A stretch of DNA of 62,971 nt, filler included, from Rhabdomonas costata (taxonomy: Eukaryota): NCBI GenBank assembly GCA_019059605.1. It is 51 parts of 51 records of this genome, joined end to end, with 100 filler letters (N's around TTAATTAATTAA, not from the genome) between each part and the next. Parts side by side here need not be neighbours in the genome. Positions count along the whole stretch, not along the records: positions 11,143 to 12,279 come from JAHMHO010026771.1; positions 12,380 to 13,516 come from JAHMHO010026772.1; positions 13,617 to 14,753 come from JAHMHO010026773.1; positions 14,854 to 15,990 come from JAHMHO010026774.1; positions 16,091 to 17,228 come from JAHMHO010026775.1; positions 17,329 to 18,465 come from JAHMHO010026776.1; positions 18,566 to 19,703 come from JAHMHO010026777.1; positions 19,804 to 20,940 come from JAHMHO010026778.1; 43 more parts are not named here. One strand, 5' to 3'. The position numbers and the translations under genes are program-made. Under the pieces are notes generated by a model. It was not told the DNA's origin, did no database searches, and saw only the letters and a list, made by a program, of their open reading frames with translations. Shown here in pieces: positions 11,143 through 22,926 of this stretch. Each line of letters starts with the position of its first letter. Position 1 is the stretch's first letter.

Positions 11143-12120
11143 GGAGCTCCCGGGCTTCCCAGCGGCGCTCGATCTCCAGCGCGGCCTGTACCGCCAGGTA
11201 CTCCGCTAGGGCGCACCGCCGCGGGACGTTCCACAGGCACAGCACACGGTCCCCGTGGACCTTGTCCACGACTCCGCTGTGGAAGTTCACGCACTGCTGG
11301 ACCACCGTGAGGTACTGCCGGTGCACTGCCACTAGCTGACACGACAATGCGGAAGGGAAAAAGAAAGCAGCGGCTGAATTGTAAAGAATAAACAAGGTTA
11401 ATAACTTGGTTGCGAGGGTGAGAGGGCTTGTTTTTTTTGAGAGGGCGTGGGTAATGACGGCACGCCTGCTCAGGACGTAAGGCGAACTGTGCGAACGCTG
11501 TCAGGTCCACGGAGGCCACGGTGGCCATGCGGCGGAAGTTGGCGTCCACGGCAATCACCGAGCTGGATTCGGGTAGTGATGCAACGGGCTGGAGGGTGTT
11601 TTGCTTTCGGAAGGACTTGGAGGTAGCCTGCGGCGGTTAAAAAAGATTCCCAAAAGCACAAGACCAGAAAAAAACGGGAGACAGAGGGGAACCTGTGACA
11701 TTGCAACTGCTGCAACGGACAGCTTCCTACTGTTTACGAAAACCGGTGCAGCAGCAGCAGCAGCAGTCAGAAATACAAACACAAACAGGCACATGTCTTT
11801 CTAGTGGCACTTCGTGGCACGTCGCATGTCGCACGTCCGCGTACAAGAAAGTTACGCAGATGAAATTCCGATCTCCACGCCGGAGAATCCTCCATTCCCC
11901 TTCCGGTGTAAGGTCTTCAAAGCACAGAGAGACCCTGGGAAGAGCGTCTCCGGAGAAGCTGCGCCCGGGTTGAAAGTCCAACTCCCTGGAAGAGGAGGAG
12001 GCAGTGCGGTGAAGGTACTTGGTCGCCACCACCTCCCGCTCGAGGGGGCTGGCTCTCCGTGGCGCCTCCACTATGGTGTCGGCAGAGTCCTCCTTCGTGA
12101 ACAGAGCATCGGGCATGAAC
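11143..12120 (-). CDS. Class III adenylate/guanylate cyclase-like protein (exons 12120-11934, 11627-11466, 11335-11143)
   Basis: RFMP pre-catalytic motif, ATVASVDLTAF (first metal-binding Asp), GVVDKVHGDRVLCLWN (GxxDKxxGD) and AVQAALEI. Confidence 0.82.
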
Positions 12121-13616
12121 CTTCGAAAGGGATGCGGGAGACAAACATGAAAAATGGCTTTCACCCCATGCACAGGTTAGGACGAGGTATGCCCATCTGT
12201 CAAAACGCTCTTGAAACGAAGAAGAAGAAGAAGAAGAAGCAGTAGAAAAGGAGGAGGAGGCGGCCCCCCCACCCAAACCNNNNNNNNNNNNNNNNNNNNN
12301 NNNNNNNNNNNNNNNNNNNNNNNTTAATTAATTAANNNNNNNNNNNNNNNNNNNNNNNNNNNNNNNNNNNNNNNNNNNNTTTTGGTGGGTGGAAACACCA
12401 AGCACAAAGAGAGGAAGCCATACGGGGATCGTGACTCATCCTCGTGCTTGGTGTTTCCACCCAGGTAAACCGCGGCAGCCACTTAGTGAAAGCTAAGTCG
12501 TGATACAGGCTGTCAGATGCGGAGCCCAGAGCCACAACAACACGCAAGAGGTAGGAGGCACGTAAGAGGCTCTGCGGATAGACAGCGTGTGACAGCTGTG
12601 CTACACGCACAAACGACCTTTCCATCGCCTTTATACAGAACCCATTCACCAACTCATATCCATACCATTCAACCTTTCAGATCACCAACCACCGGGCCTC
12701 CTTCTACCATCCCAACGGCCCGGCGCTCACCTATATTTACCGTTGGTCGGCCATCACCACTGGTGCCATGCACAATACTTTATGAGCGTGGAAACGTACC
12801 GTTCGTGGAGTTCTTCGGGCAGGTGTACTACGTGGCGATGCAGGGATACCTGCACGGCGTCAGCCTGCCTCCCCGGCACCAGTGCAATTTTTGCCTAGCT
12901 GATATCACTGGGCATGATAATTCCCACTGATCTATCCTCCCTGCCCGGTCCACCCAGTGCTTCAACCATGCCCCTGGGCTTCGGGGCGCAGCATGCGCCT
13001 TCCCCCTCCGGCAACGATTGTGGGCAGACCGTTCTGCCCCCGTCCGCGTAACCCTCACTCACTTCCTCCAACTGATCTCCCACTTCTCCCGTCTCCAGCA
13101 CCCCACCACCACCAAATACGCCCACCTTCACCAGCCCTCTCCATCCATCCAGTTTTCAAGCCACTCCAGAAAATCACCAAACTAGCTCCCATCCATTACT
13201 TTATCCATCAAATTCCATACCTCTTCCAGGTATTCAGCATGTACTCACATTTTTCTTCATTTTGATCGATTTCTATTGTCTTCATTTACCATTCCTAACC
13301 TCCCAGCAGCACATCTCTCACTCGATTGCTCCACCAAAGCGGACTATAGGCGCCAAATAGGTTATTTCAATGCTTGGCTTTGTGCGCAACCCTCCCTCTC
13401 CTGCATCTCCTTAGAGCACCTCCATCATCACCGCCTTTGAATGCTACCTTCTCTCATTGATTCTACCCACATCCATCCTCCGCCAGCCTTTGTGTTTCTG
13501 CGTGGGCTCACATGTTNNNNNNNNNNNNNNNNNNNNNNNNNNNNNNNNNNNNNNNNNNNNTTAATTAATTAANNNNNNNNNNNNNNNNNNNNNNNNNNNN
13601 NNNNNNNNNNNNNNNN

Positions 13617-14753
13617 CGTCTGCCTCGCCCTCACCCTCACCCAGAGGAGGGTTGCTGGGGCTGAGATTCGGGGGACGGGGGTACACCGCCCAAGTGCGGA
13701 CAGGGAAGCACAGCAGCTCAGGCGGCGGAGAATCCGAGCCATCGCTCGGGAACGGCAGCCCGTGCTGCGCTCCAAGGAGGGGGTACAGGGAGGTATCGAC
13801 CTCGCCAAAGGCGATGGGAGCAGTCTTGGACAGCTGGAATGTCCCCCCCCCCCAAAAAAAAACGCCAATTCAACCGGTTTGCTCAACGAACATAGTTTTC
13901 CGAATTATGCCATTCAAAGCCCACCCCGAGTTCCTAAGGAAAAATGCGGCGTCCTTGTTTTGCTGTTAGGGCATTGCCCCAACAAACATACCTCCAATTC
14001 CAGCCCCAACAAAGAATTTTTCTTAAAAAGAGATGCTGCCTGCAAACACCCCGTGCCCATGCAAAGGAGGATTTGGACACAATTAAAACAAAAGGAAAGG
14101 CTCACACCACGGCAAGCTCTCGCAGGGTGTCCTGTGCCCAATGGCACTCCGGATCCAGCGAAGAGCAAAACAGTACAACCGCGTTGCTCTCTTGAGCACC
14201 CAGCATCGCATCCAAGGCGGCGTCCCCAGCCAAGCGCTTCACCAATTCTGGGTCATCCCCTTCAATCCCGCCTTCCCCTTCAGGCGCAGCCTCGCAGTGC
14301 AATAGCTCAGTCTCCTCCCCGTGAACTTGGTTCACGAACCGTGACACGGCGGCAGGAGTGAGCCGAGGTCCTCCAAACCGCACCCCTTCCTTGATTCCCA
14401 CAGGGAAGAACCACAGCTCTGGAAACTCCTGCACCTCGAGAGCATCCAACACGGCATGCAAAGTACCTTCAGGCCACGCCGAGGCGTTGTACCATCCCAG
14501 GGCTAGTGGGCGGTTCGTGGAGTTCTTAACTGTCAGCCGCCAAAGGCCCCGGAAAAGGGACTCGCAAAGCTCACAGGGGTGACCCAGAAACACAACAATG
14601 GAATTCCATTTCGGGTGGAAGGCAAACGCAGACATGTTTGAGGGCCCCAGGGCCACCACCCGAAGTTGCGCCCCATGGGAAAGGGGAAGCAAGGGGTCCT
14701 CCGGGGAACCGTAGAGCATAAATATTATGGCAAACAGTGTGGCCAAACCAACA
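13617..14753 (-). CDS. Thioredoxin-fold / PDI-like protein (exons 14753-14108, 13833 onward)
   Basis: Hydrophobic N-terminal segment, VVFLGHPCELC CxxC site, EVQEFPELWFFP (cis-Pro strand), second Trx-like domain VVLFC...ECH...IAFGEVD. Confidence 0.7.
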
Positions 14754-15465
14754 NNNNNNNNNNNNNNNNNNNNNNNNNNNNNNNNNNNNNNNNNNNNTTA
14801 ATTAATTAANNNNNNNNNNNNNNNNNNNNNNNNNNNNNNNNNNNNNNNNNNNNGGCCTGTTGTTGGGAGGAATTGGTCGCTCCGATCCCCCCACCCATGT
14901 GGTTCTCTTTATGGCTGTTGTCTTGCAGATTTCTTGAGGGTATATCAGCGTCGGCCGCAGTGAGGGCAATTGATGCAGAAGAACAGTCTCCTAGAGAGGG
15001 CAATGAACTACCAGTTGGACCACCTTTTCCGTGTTATTAGGGTTTTGTTGCTGAGTCGCTACTTATGAGATTCGGACCGAATTGTGAATCCTTTTGCTTT
15101 AGTCTGCTTGCAAAGCATAGTGCGTGAAAAAAAAAAAAGAGAACCTCCACTTTGTTGCTCGTCGCTCGTTTGAAATGGACCTCTTGGACCTGCCTCCAGT
15201 CCCCATTCTCATTCCCCATCCAGTCCCCATTTTCTAGTCCTCAAGCAGTCAGACATCGTTGTCTGTTGGTTTCAGCCGATTACCACCGCTCGTTCAGCCT
15301 TTGTAGCACAATTCTATCTATTTCTTGGTGCTTTTTTGTTGTGGGTGAGTTGGACGTGCGCCCGCACAAGTTGCCACCCCACTGATCGTCTTTCCTTTTC
15401 CTGTGAGTTTTTGTGGTGTGTGTGCGTGTGCGTGTGCGTGTGCGTGTGCGTCCTGTTTTTCTGCA

Positions 15466-15750
15466 ATGGCCGAGGCGGTGGTGCTGAAGGTGATCCTTGT
15501 TGGGGAGAGTGGGGTGGGCAAGAGCTGCCTCCTGCACCGCTTTCTGCACGGGCGGTTCCCGCCTGACCAGGGGCCCACCATCGGGGTGGAGTTCGGTGCC
15601 CGGGTGCTGTCGGTGCGAGGCACCACGGCGAAACTGCAGGTCTGGGACACCGCGGGCGCGGAGCGCTACCGCAGCGTCACCCGGTCCTACTACAGAGGGG
15701 CCAGCGCCGCGCTGGTCGTCTTTGACGTCAACAGCCGAGCCAGCTACGAG
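15466..15750 (+). CDS. Rab family GTPase (Rab2/4/14-like), first exon
   Basis: GESGVGKS P-loop, TIGVEFG switch I, KLQVWDTAGAERYRSVTRSYYRGA; homology stops at GAG|GCGCCT. Confidence 0.95.
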
Positions 15751-16202
15751 GCGCCTCCCACCTCAGCACCCTCCTACCCACCCACCACTCCGCTCTGTGG
15801 CCCAAAATTCTAGGTGTTGTTGTTCGGTTACTGCTCTGCTTCGTCGTCGTGAGTAGCGGGTGGGGGTGGGGGTGTCCAACGTGCACGACACCCCAGAAAA
15901 CGGCGTCAAGACATGAGATAGAACAGAAAACAAAAAGACAACGCACGGGAAAAGTATGTGTCCGGTGTAGGGGTGAGCGAAAACCAAAACNNNNNNNNNN
16001 NNNNNNNNNNNNNNNNNNNNNNNNNNNNNNNNNNTTAATTAATTAANNNNNNNNNNNNNNNNNNNNNNNNNNNNNNNNNNNNNNNNNNNNGGGTTTGTGC
16101 TGACTCCTGCTACTGCAAGAATTCCACGAGAACTCATCTGTGTTGTGACGAGTTTTGTCAAATGACTTTTTGTAATGTAAAAAAGATGCAAGGAAGGCGC
16201 AC

Positions 16203-17228
16203 CTGGTTGAGCTCATTGAAGCCAAACCCCTTCTTCGTCATGCAAGGGGCATTGATGCGGTACTTTGTTCCGTGCAGCTCTTCCACCAAGTCTTGGAATT
16301 CCTTCGGTTGCTCCTTTGCCCAAGCAGCATAGATCTCTTCGCGGGTCTTTTCCATGCCAACCTAAAAGTGCGGTAGAAATTTCCGAATCCCAAGAAAGTG
16401 TTTGTGTCAGGTACAAATCAGCACCAATGCAAAGGAAGAGGGAGGGAGGGGGGGTTGCAAAGGTGGACGAGGAGGGGAACAATGACAGAGTCCCCTTGAA
16501 AACAAGCGGTATAACAAGTAAAACTAGCAATAAATACAGTGGGCGAAGATAGCGAGTGGATTTGGAAACGCAAAGACAAGATGAAGAAAAGAGAGGAAGC
16601 AGAATAAGTGGGAGGGTTCATGGCTGGAGGGATACCATATCCAACACCGGAACACTAATACAGACATGAAACATGAAACGAAACCACACTTACACCAAAA
16701 AATATCACTTATCACCACTCGGTAAGGGGGGGAGAGTTGAGGAAGGGAAAGTGAATTCAATGAGGAAGAGAGAGAGAGAGAGTGTGTGTGTGTGTATTGG
16801 GCGCATCGCGCGCTGGTTGTTGCCAAGTTGCTTGGATGCTTGGTTGACGGTGACCACCGTGGACTGACGAGAGAGAGTGTGTGCGTGTGGAGGGGAAGAA
16901 ATCGGAACAGAACCGTGAAATAGGTGCAGCGGCAGAGAGGATTTCATTCCAAACCTTGCCTTGGTAGAACACCGAGCCATCTGGTTGGTTCCCAAACATC
17001 GCCAGCGTGAGCGGAATGCAGAACCCGTCCACCAAGCTGGTGTTGGCGTTCATGATAAGCTGGTGGTCGCACCAGGCGTCGCGAACCTGTGCAAACTCGA
17101 AGAAATCGAAGAAGATGTCTTTGTTGGGATCCGTGGCGTTGTTGTGGTCCGGGGCAGCTACACCAAAACCCTGATCTGCAGCAGAACCCGAGGGCACCAC
17201 TTGCATGTGCATGGGCGAGCCGTAGGAG
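16203..17228 (-). CDS. GH64 beta-1,3-glucanase (exons 17228-16955, 16361-16203)
   Basis: NATDPNKDIFFDFFEF...NTSLVDGFCIPL matches the GH64 catalytic Glu/Asp region; second exon VGMEKTREEI...PKEFQDL...YRINAP; phase-0 GT-AG intron. Confidence 0.8.
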
Positions 17229-17498
17229 NNNNNNNNNNNNNNNNNNNNNNNNNNNNNNNNNNNNNNNNNNNNTTAATTAATTAANNNNNNNNNNNNNNNN
17301 NNNNNNNNNNNNNNNNNNNNNNNNNNNNTGTTTTGGGTAAGACAGAAACAGTTTCTTCGCTGCCAACCAAAAAGGCGTGCGAAGAAACTGTTTCTGTCTT
17401 TCCCAAAATATATCCAGAAATACAGCTTTTGTTTTCCCAGTGAGGGCGATGTTCATGTGGTGAGCACTTCAATGATGATGATCATTATGTTGGTACAG

Positions 17499-18367
17499 GT
17501 CTGGTCGCGGTACGCTGGTTTACTCCAACGGAGATGTGTACGAAGGTGACTTTTCTGAGGATAAGAGGCATGGCCAGGGCAGCCTGAAGACCACCGATGG
17601 CTCCCTCTATGTTGGGCAGTGGGTGGGTGACATGCGCTGCGGCCAGGGACAGTTCAAGAAGGAGGGGTCCTACACCTACACCGGAGAATTCAGGTGTATG
17701 TAACGCTTCTGGGGGAGTTTTGCAAGAGTGGAGTGAGCTGCTCGTCTGTCTGCGTCTGGTGCGCTTCCACAGATGCCCTCATCTTTTTCATACCCAGTTG
17801 CACCACGACAGGCACTTTGATGCATAAGCCCAATAGACCCATTCAGACATCAAGCAGTGTTTCAGCGTGGATTCTTGAGGGCCACACCCACAGCTTTCAG
17901 CGATCGCTTGCCGCATGCCTTCAGACCAACTTATTGCTCAGCAATCTTGCACAATCGCAGCTCACATACCACCGCATTTTGGGACATATAGGTCTCTTTT
18001 CATGGGGTGGTCTCTCGTGTTTGTTGCACGTGCCTTCTCGTTCGTGAACTAATGTATTCCCATTACATTCTTCCCTCTTTTGATTTTCAGTGGAGACGTG
18101 CGCCACGGCTCTGGGGTGTGTGAGTACGCTGACGGTCAGGTGTACCGCGGGGAGTGGGCGGAGGACCGATGGCATGGTCAGGGACAACTCGCCCTTCCCT
18201 CGGGGGACAGCTACGAGGGCAGCTTTGTCAGGGGTGTGAGGAGCGGGCAGGGGTCGACGAAATTCAAGGCCGGCAATGTCCACCAAGGCAACTACTCCAA
18301 CGATGTGATTGAGGGTTTCGGTGAGATGGTGCAAGTGAATGGCGACAAGTTCATTGGCAACTTCAAG
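17499..18367 (+). CDS. MORN-repeat protein (exons 17499-17693, 18091-18367)
   Basis: Repeated YxGxW/FxxDxRHGxG units; GT-AG intron keeps frame. Confidence 0.93.
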
Positions 18368-20239
18368 GTTTGCGGTTGCTTTCGAATTGTGCGTAGTATG
18401 TTGTCCGTGAGAGGGGGAGGGGCTCTCACTGAAGTCCCAGTCTGACCTCGTCTTCCCCCAACAAANNNNNNNNNNNNNNNNNNNNNNNNNNNNNNNNNNN
18501 NNNNNNNNNTTAATTAATTAANNNNNNNNNNNNNNNNNNNNNNNNNNNNNNNNNNNNNNNNNNNNCCCGGATTCTGTCTTTTCTTTTTTCGTTGGTCTCC
18601 GTTGCCCATCAGTTTGATTACTAATTTAGGGTCCAGAGGAGCAATGAGCAAGTGGAATTGCTGTATCTAGGGTCGAACCCCTACGATGACAGCCCCCTTA
18701 CACACAAACACACACACACACTATATCAATTTCAAAGATCAAAGTCAATTTCAAAGAAGAGCAAACGTGGTCGTGAACCCAACAGTGAGTGGGAGAAAGG
18801 AGAAAGAGGATCGCTGGCAATCTCTCATCACGCAATCGCTGCGAGCGTACATCAAATCCGGCTCACTGAAGACCCGGCGGAGGGACTTCTCTTCCTCCTC
18901 TTCCAGCTCTTCTTCCTTCTCCTCGGAAACGTTTGTCGCCGGGTGCGGATCCTACGCCAAGACGCGGGAAAACAGTGCAAACAGTGGGGCAAGAGCTGCG
19001 TTGGCCAGACCTGGAGGACAAATCTACACATAACCACAAAAAACGCAAGCAATTCTAAGTGTTGATATTCATAAGAATAGCAGCACGCAAATCCCCAAAA
19101 GGGGAGCACATGCCTCTCCCCAGGCTCTGGGGAAAGACACAAAGGATGGAAGACAAGTTCTCTCGCCCTGCCAGGTCAATAAGATCATAGAATGGCACGA
19201 AGGATGCTAGAAAACTGGCAGAATATGCACTTCACCTAAATAAACCGCCCCTCGAAAAGAAGTACGCACCTGCAAGCGCTGGCCCGCAGCGTTAGTGTCC
19301 TCTGCGGCTTCACACACAGAGAACCCGACAAGGCAGCGGGGCACCCGAGGGGTAGGGCACCGGTGAGCCCTTCCAGAAAGTTCCGAAATGGTAGAGAAGA
19401 GCAACTACAGACACGTTTTATATTGTCCACGTCACCTCAAAAAGTCACAACTTACATAAGTGTGCATTTTCGGACGAAAAAGCCAAAACAGGTTATGCAT
19501 GTTTTTCAAGCTGATAATTGACGTTCTAATTGACGTTCCTCCTGAAGCGGTCCATAAATTGACCACCTGCTAGATTCGTCGAAGCCAGACATCGAGAAGA
19601 ACCAGCAGCAACAACCAAAGGCAAATTACCTACTTCTGGGCCCACAACTCTGGTGGTGACCGGGCTGTTGATATGTTGGGTCTGAGTAAGCCTACCACAA
19701 AAANNNNNNNNNNNNNNNNNNNNNNNNNNNNNNNNNNNNNNNNNNNNTTAATTAATTAANNNNNNNNNNNNNNNNNNNNNNNNNNNNNNNNNNNNNNNNN
19801 NNNGGCTCTAGGACGGAGCTTACACCCATCTTAGTTGCAACCCCGCTGTCTCTTTGCATTTCCTGCGAGTGCCTTACTCACACCCTGAAGTTCTCACCCT
19901 GATGCAGGTACGCAATCGCTGCAAGCCACTCGGACATGGCGAACGCCTTTTGCAGCTACAGCAAAACGAATAGGTATGACCATAAACAAATAACGCCTTG
20001 ACAAAGGGTCAAACCACTATGCAAAGCACCAAAAATGGGATCCACGGAGCAGATACTCCAGAAAGCGGTGGAAATCACAGCGGAAGGCGGAAATCGGCGA
20101 AAGCCGGTGAAGCGGTGGATAGAAACTAAACAGGTGGAGTGCACAGACGCAGTCCCATCCGAATTTGAACAGCAGCACCTGCTCTCCGAGCGACCGGGGT
20201 CGATTGAGTTCACTTAATACTTTGCACAAAGACACAGAA

Positions 20240-20524
20240 CCGCTCAGTTGTGGAAGAGGAGGAAGAAGGGCTGCGGCATGAGCCGGCTGTAGCGCCTTGG
20301 GGTGTCGCCAGGGCCCGTGCAACCCGATGCTGAAGCGCCCGCAGCGCCTCATCATCGACCGCCATAGCCGTGGAGGAGCCACAAATGCTGCCCACCCCAA
20401 GCAACCGTCCGGCATGCGCCGCCGCGGCCTGGGCGCTCAGCAGCTGCCCACACTGGTACAACTGGGCTGCCTCAGAGAACTTCTCCGTGTAGGCCACCAG
20501 TTGATGCTGCCCAATGGGTTGCCC
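20240..20524 (-). CDS. Hypothetical protein exon
   Basis: TTCAG acceptor, GC3-rich Ala-rich frame GQPIGQHQLVAYTEKFSEAAQLYQ...; no family recognised. Confidence 0.5.
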
Positions 20525-22277
20525 TGAAGCAAGCAAACCACTTCAACCGGCGAAAGAACACAAAACACAATACCTTCTTGTCACATTAAATGCATTCAGG
20601 ACCCAATCTCCCGTCCTATATAAGCGCCGGTTCGATTGTTTAGTACTCCTAAAGGTTTAGCAGTGGTACCGATGAAGAGAAAACCCAGCCGCTCCGGCCG
20701 CACCATATACTGAAAGACAACACAAGTAAGGGCGCTAAGGGTCCCGTAACGAAACGAGGGTGCATGCTTATTCCAATATGGATTACACCTACTTCGAGGA
20801 AGGGGGACCCCTCCCCCGGTTTGCCGCTATTGCAACCACTTTACCCAAGCGGCCGAAATTCCCTCATTTTCACACCTTTTGAAGCCCTTTTTGACGCAAA
20901 ATGCCCCCCTTTTCAAGCCTTTTTTGCCCCCACCCAACACNNNNNNNNNNNNNNNNNNNNNNNNNNNNNNNNNNNNNNNNNNNNTTAATTAATTAANNNN
21001 NNNNNNNNNNNNNNNNNNNNNNNNNNNNNNNNNNNNNNNNGCGTTTCTAACTCAATCATTTGACTAGTTAAAAAGTCCAGTAACTCTCATCTAAATTTTA
21101 TGACGGTCGACGACTGTTTTCATCAACGACTCTGCGTTGTTTTGGTTTCCTTTGTGTACGAACAGAACAAAGGAAAACCTTGAGGAAGGTCTGTGAAATT
21201 GCGTGCCCTGCCCCCCTTGCCCTAACACATTGCCATTCGAGACCAGTCCGCATTGAACTGAACTGAGCTGAGCTAAACTGATCCGACCTGACCTGACCTG
21301 ACCTCAACGCGGCCGGACCGAAACAAAAAGAACTGACCAATAACTTGAGGAGAGGGGCCCAAACTGGAAATCAGAGGTAGCACTCCTCTGAAATGAGTCA
21401 GCCACTTCACGGACTTCGCGAATTGAGAATCCCCGAGAACCAGCGCGGGCTATTGAACCTTCTTTTACCTTCGCATATGGGCATGATGAGGCAGAAGTAG
21501 AAAAAAACCATGTTTTTAAGGCTGTCACCCTAAATTTCCGGAAGGTTTTCACGTTTTCACGGTTTTGTGTGGGATGTTTACGGGAATCATAATTCAACCG
21601 AAAGTTTTATCCCCCCGGATTTCAGCTGCTGAGAGGTATTGGGGTGGCTGGGAGTGGGGTGGGCATTTCGGAGGAGCACAAGGGATGGTAAGGCACGGGA
21701 AAAAGAAGCGGCAAGCTAGACATGGCTGATTGTATGACGACGAGCCAAGCAAGAAGATGGGTAAAAAGCAGCTTTGCCGCAGCAAAAGAGCTTGGAAAGT
21801 ACCCATGGAGGCAAATAATAGAAAGGGGGAGATATCTAGAAACTTGGTGAACAAACAAAGATGAAAACAGAGACAAGAAAAACCCGTCATCAAAAACGCG
21901 CGCAACCCGATCCTCGGAAGGCAGGGGGCAGGATCCATTACCAGCCAACCTAACCGCTCCACGCGCACTCTTCGAAAGTGCTCGTCTTTGTCACACGGGC
22001 TGCTTGGCGTCTCGCCCTCAGTGGCTTGGCATTTGGAAATGCAAAGCCATGGCTGCAGCGCGTGCGTGCCTACGTGAAAGGGGGAAAGGAGAAAGAGGCG
22101 CGAGAAAAAAAAAGGGCAGAACATGCAACTGCAACATACAAATGCAAATGACTCGACTCAAAAATATAACCAAAACANNNNNNNNNNNNNNNNNNNNNNN
22201 NNNNNNNNNNNNNNNNNNNNNTTAATTAATTAANNNNNNNNNNNNNNNNNNNNNNNNNNNNNNNNNNNNNNNNNNNN

Positions 22278-22926
22278 GGGGTGGTTGGCTGCGGACATCG
22301 GTTCATTGCTTTTCGATGAGCTTTGTTGCATCCTGCACCCGCACCTATAACCTTGGGAAGGGCGTTTGAAATCTCTCAGTTTTTCTCTTCATCCAAACCA
22401 CGTTTATCTCTCCTTCGAAAGGAAGTCCCAACAAAATGGAGTGCGGATAGAAAACGTCTGCGTTTTAAAAAAAGGCGGTAACCTTTCTGTCGCCAAGGGA
22501 GTAAAAAGTCACTCGAACATCTCTCCTCAAATTTCAAAAATCTTCTGGATGCCACTGGTTCATGCAGAACCATTGCTATTAAGTTGTGTATCTCCTCCGC
22601 TTGCTCATGGTCTTTTTTCCAGATTTCAACTTTCAGTGTGAAATACATGTTGTTGTATATAGCAAGTGTTCATTTTTCTTCTCCTCCCTCTCCAAGTGAT
22701 TGCCGACGAGACGGCCAGGTTTGGCCAGATGGAGGCTTCCAGGGGTATCGTCCCGTTCGGTGGGGCCCTGCAGCGCATGCCCGCGGTGTTTGGGTGGCAC
22801 AACGCGATGAGATACATGCTGACTGGGGACCTCATCGACGCCCAAACGGCGCTGCGGCTGGGACTGGTGGTGGAGGTCGTGCCCAAGGGCCAGGCCGTGG
22901 CCCGGGCCACAGAGCTCGCGGAAAAG
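22278..22926 (+). CDS. Enoyl-CoA hydratase/crotonase (exons 22278-22300, 22697-22926)
   Basis: LAADI|VIADETARFGQMEASRGIVPFGGALQRMPAVFGWHNAMRYMLTGDLIDAQTALRLGLVVEVVP, classic crotonase fold with catalytic Glu. Confidence 0.92.
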
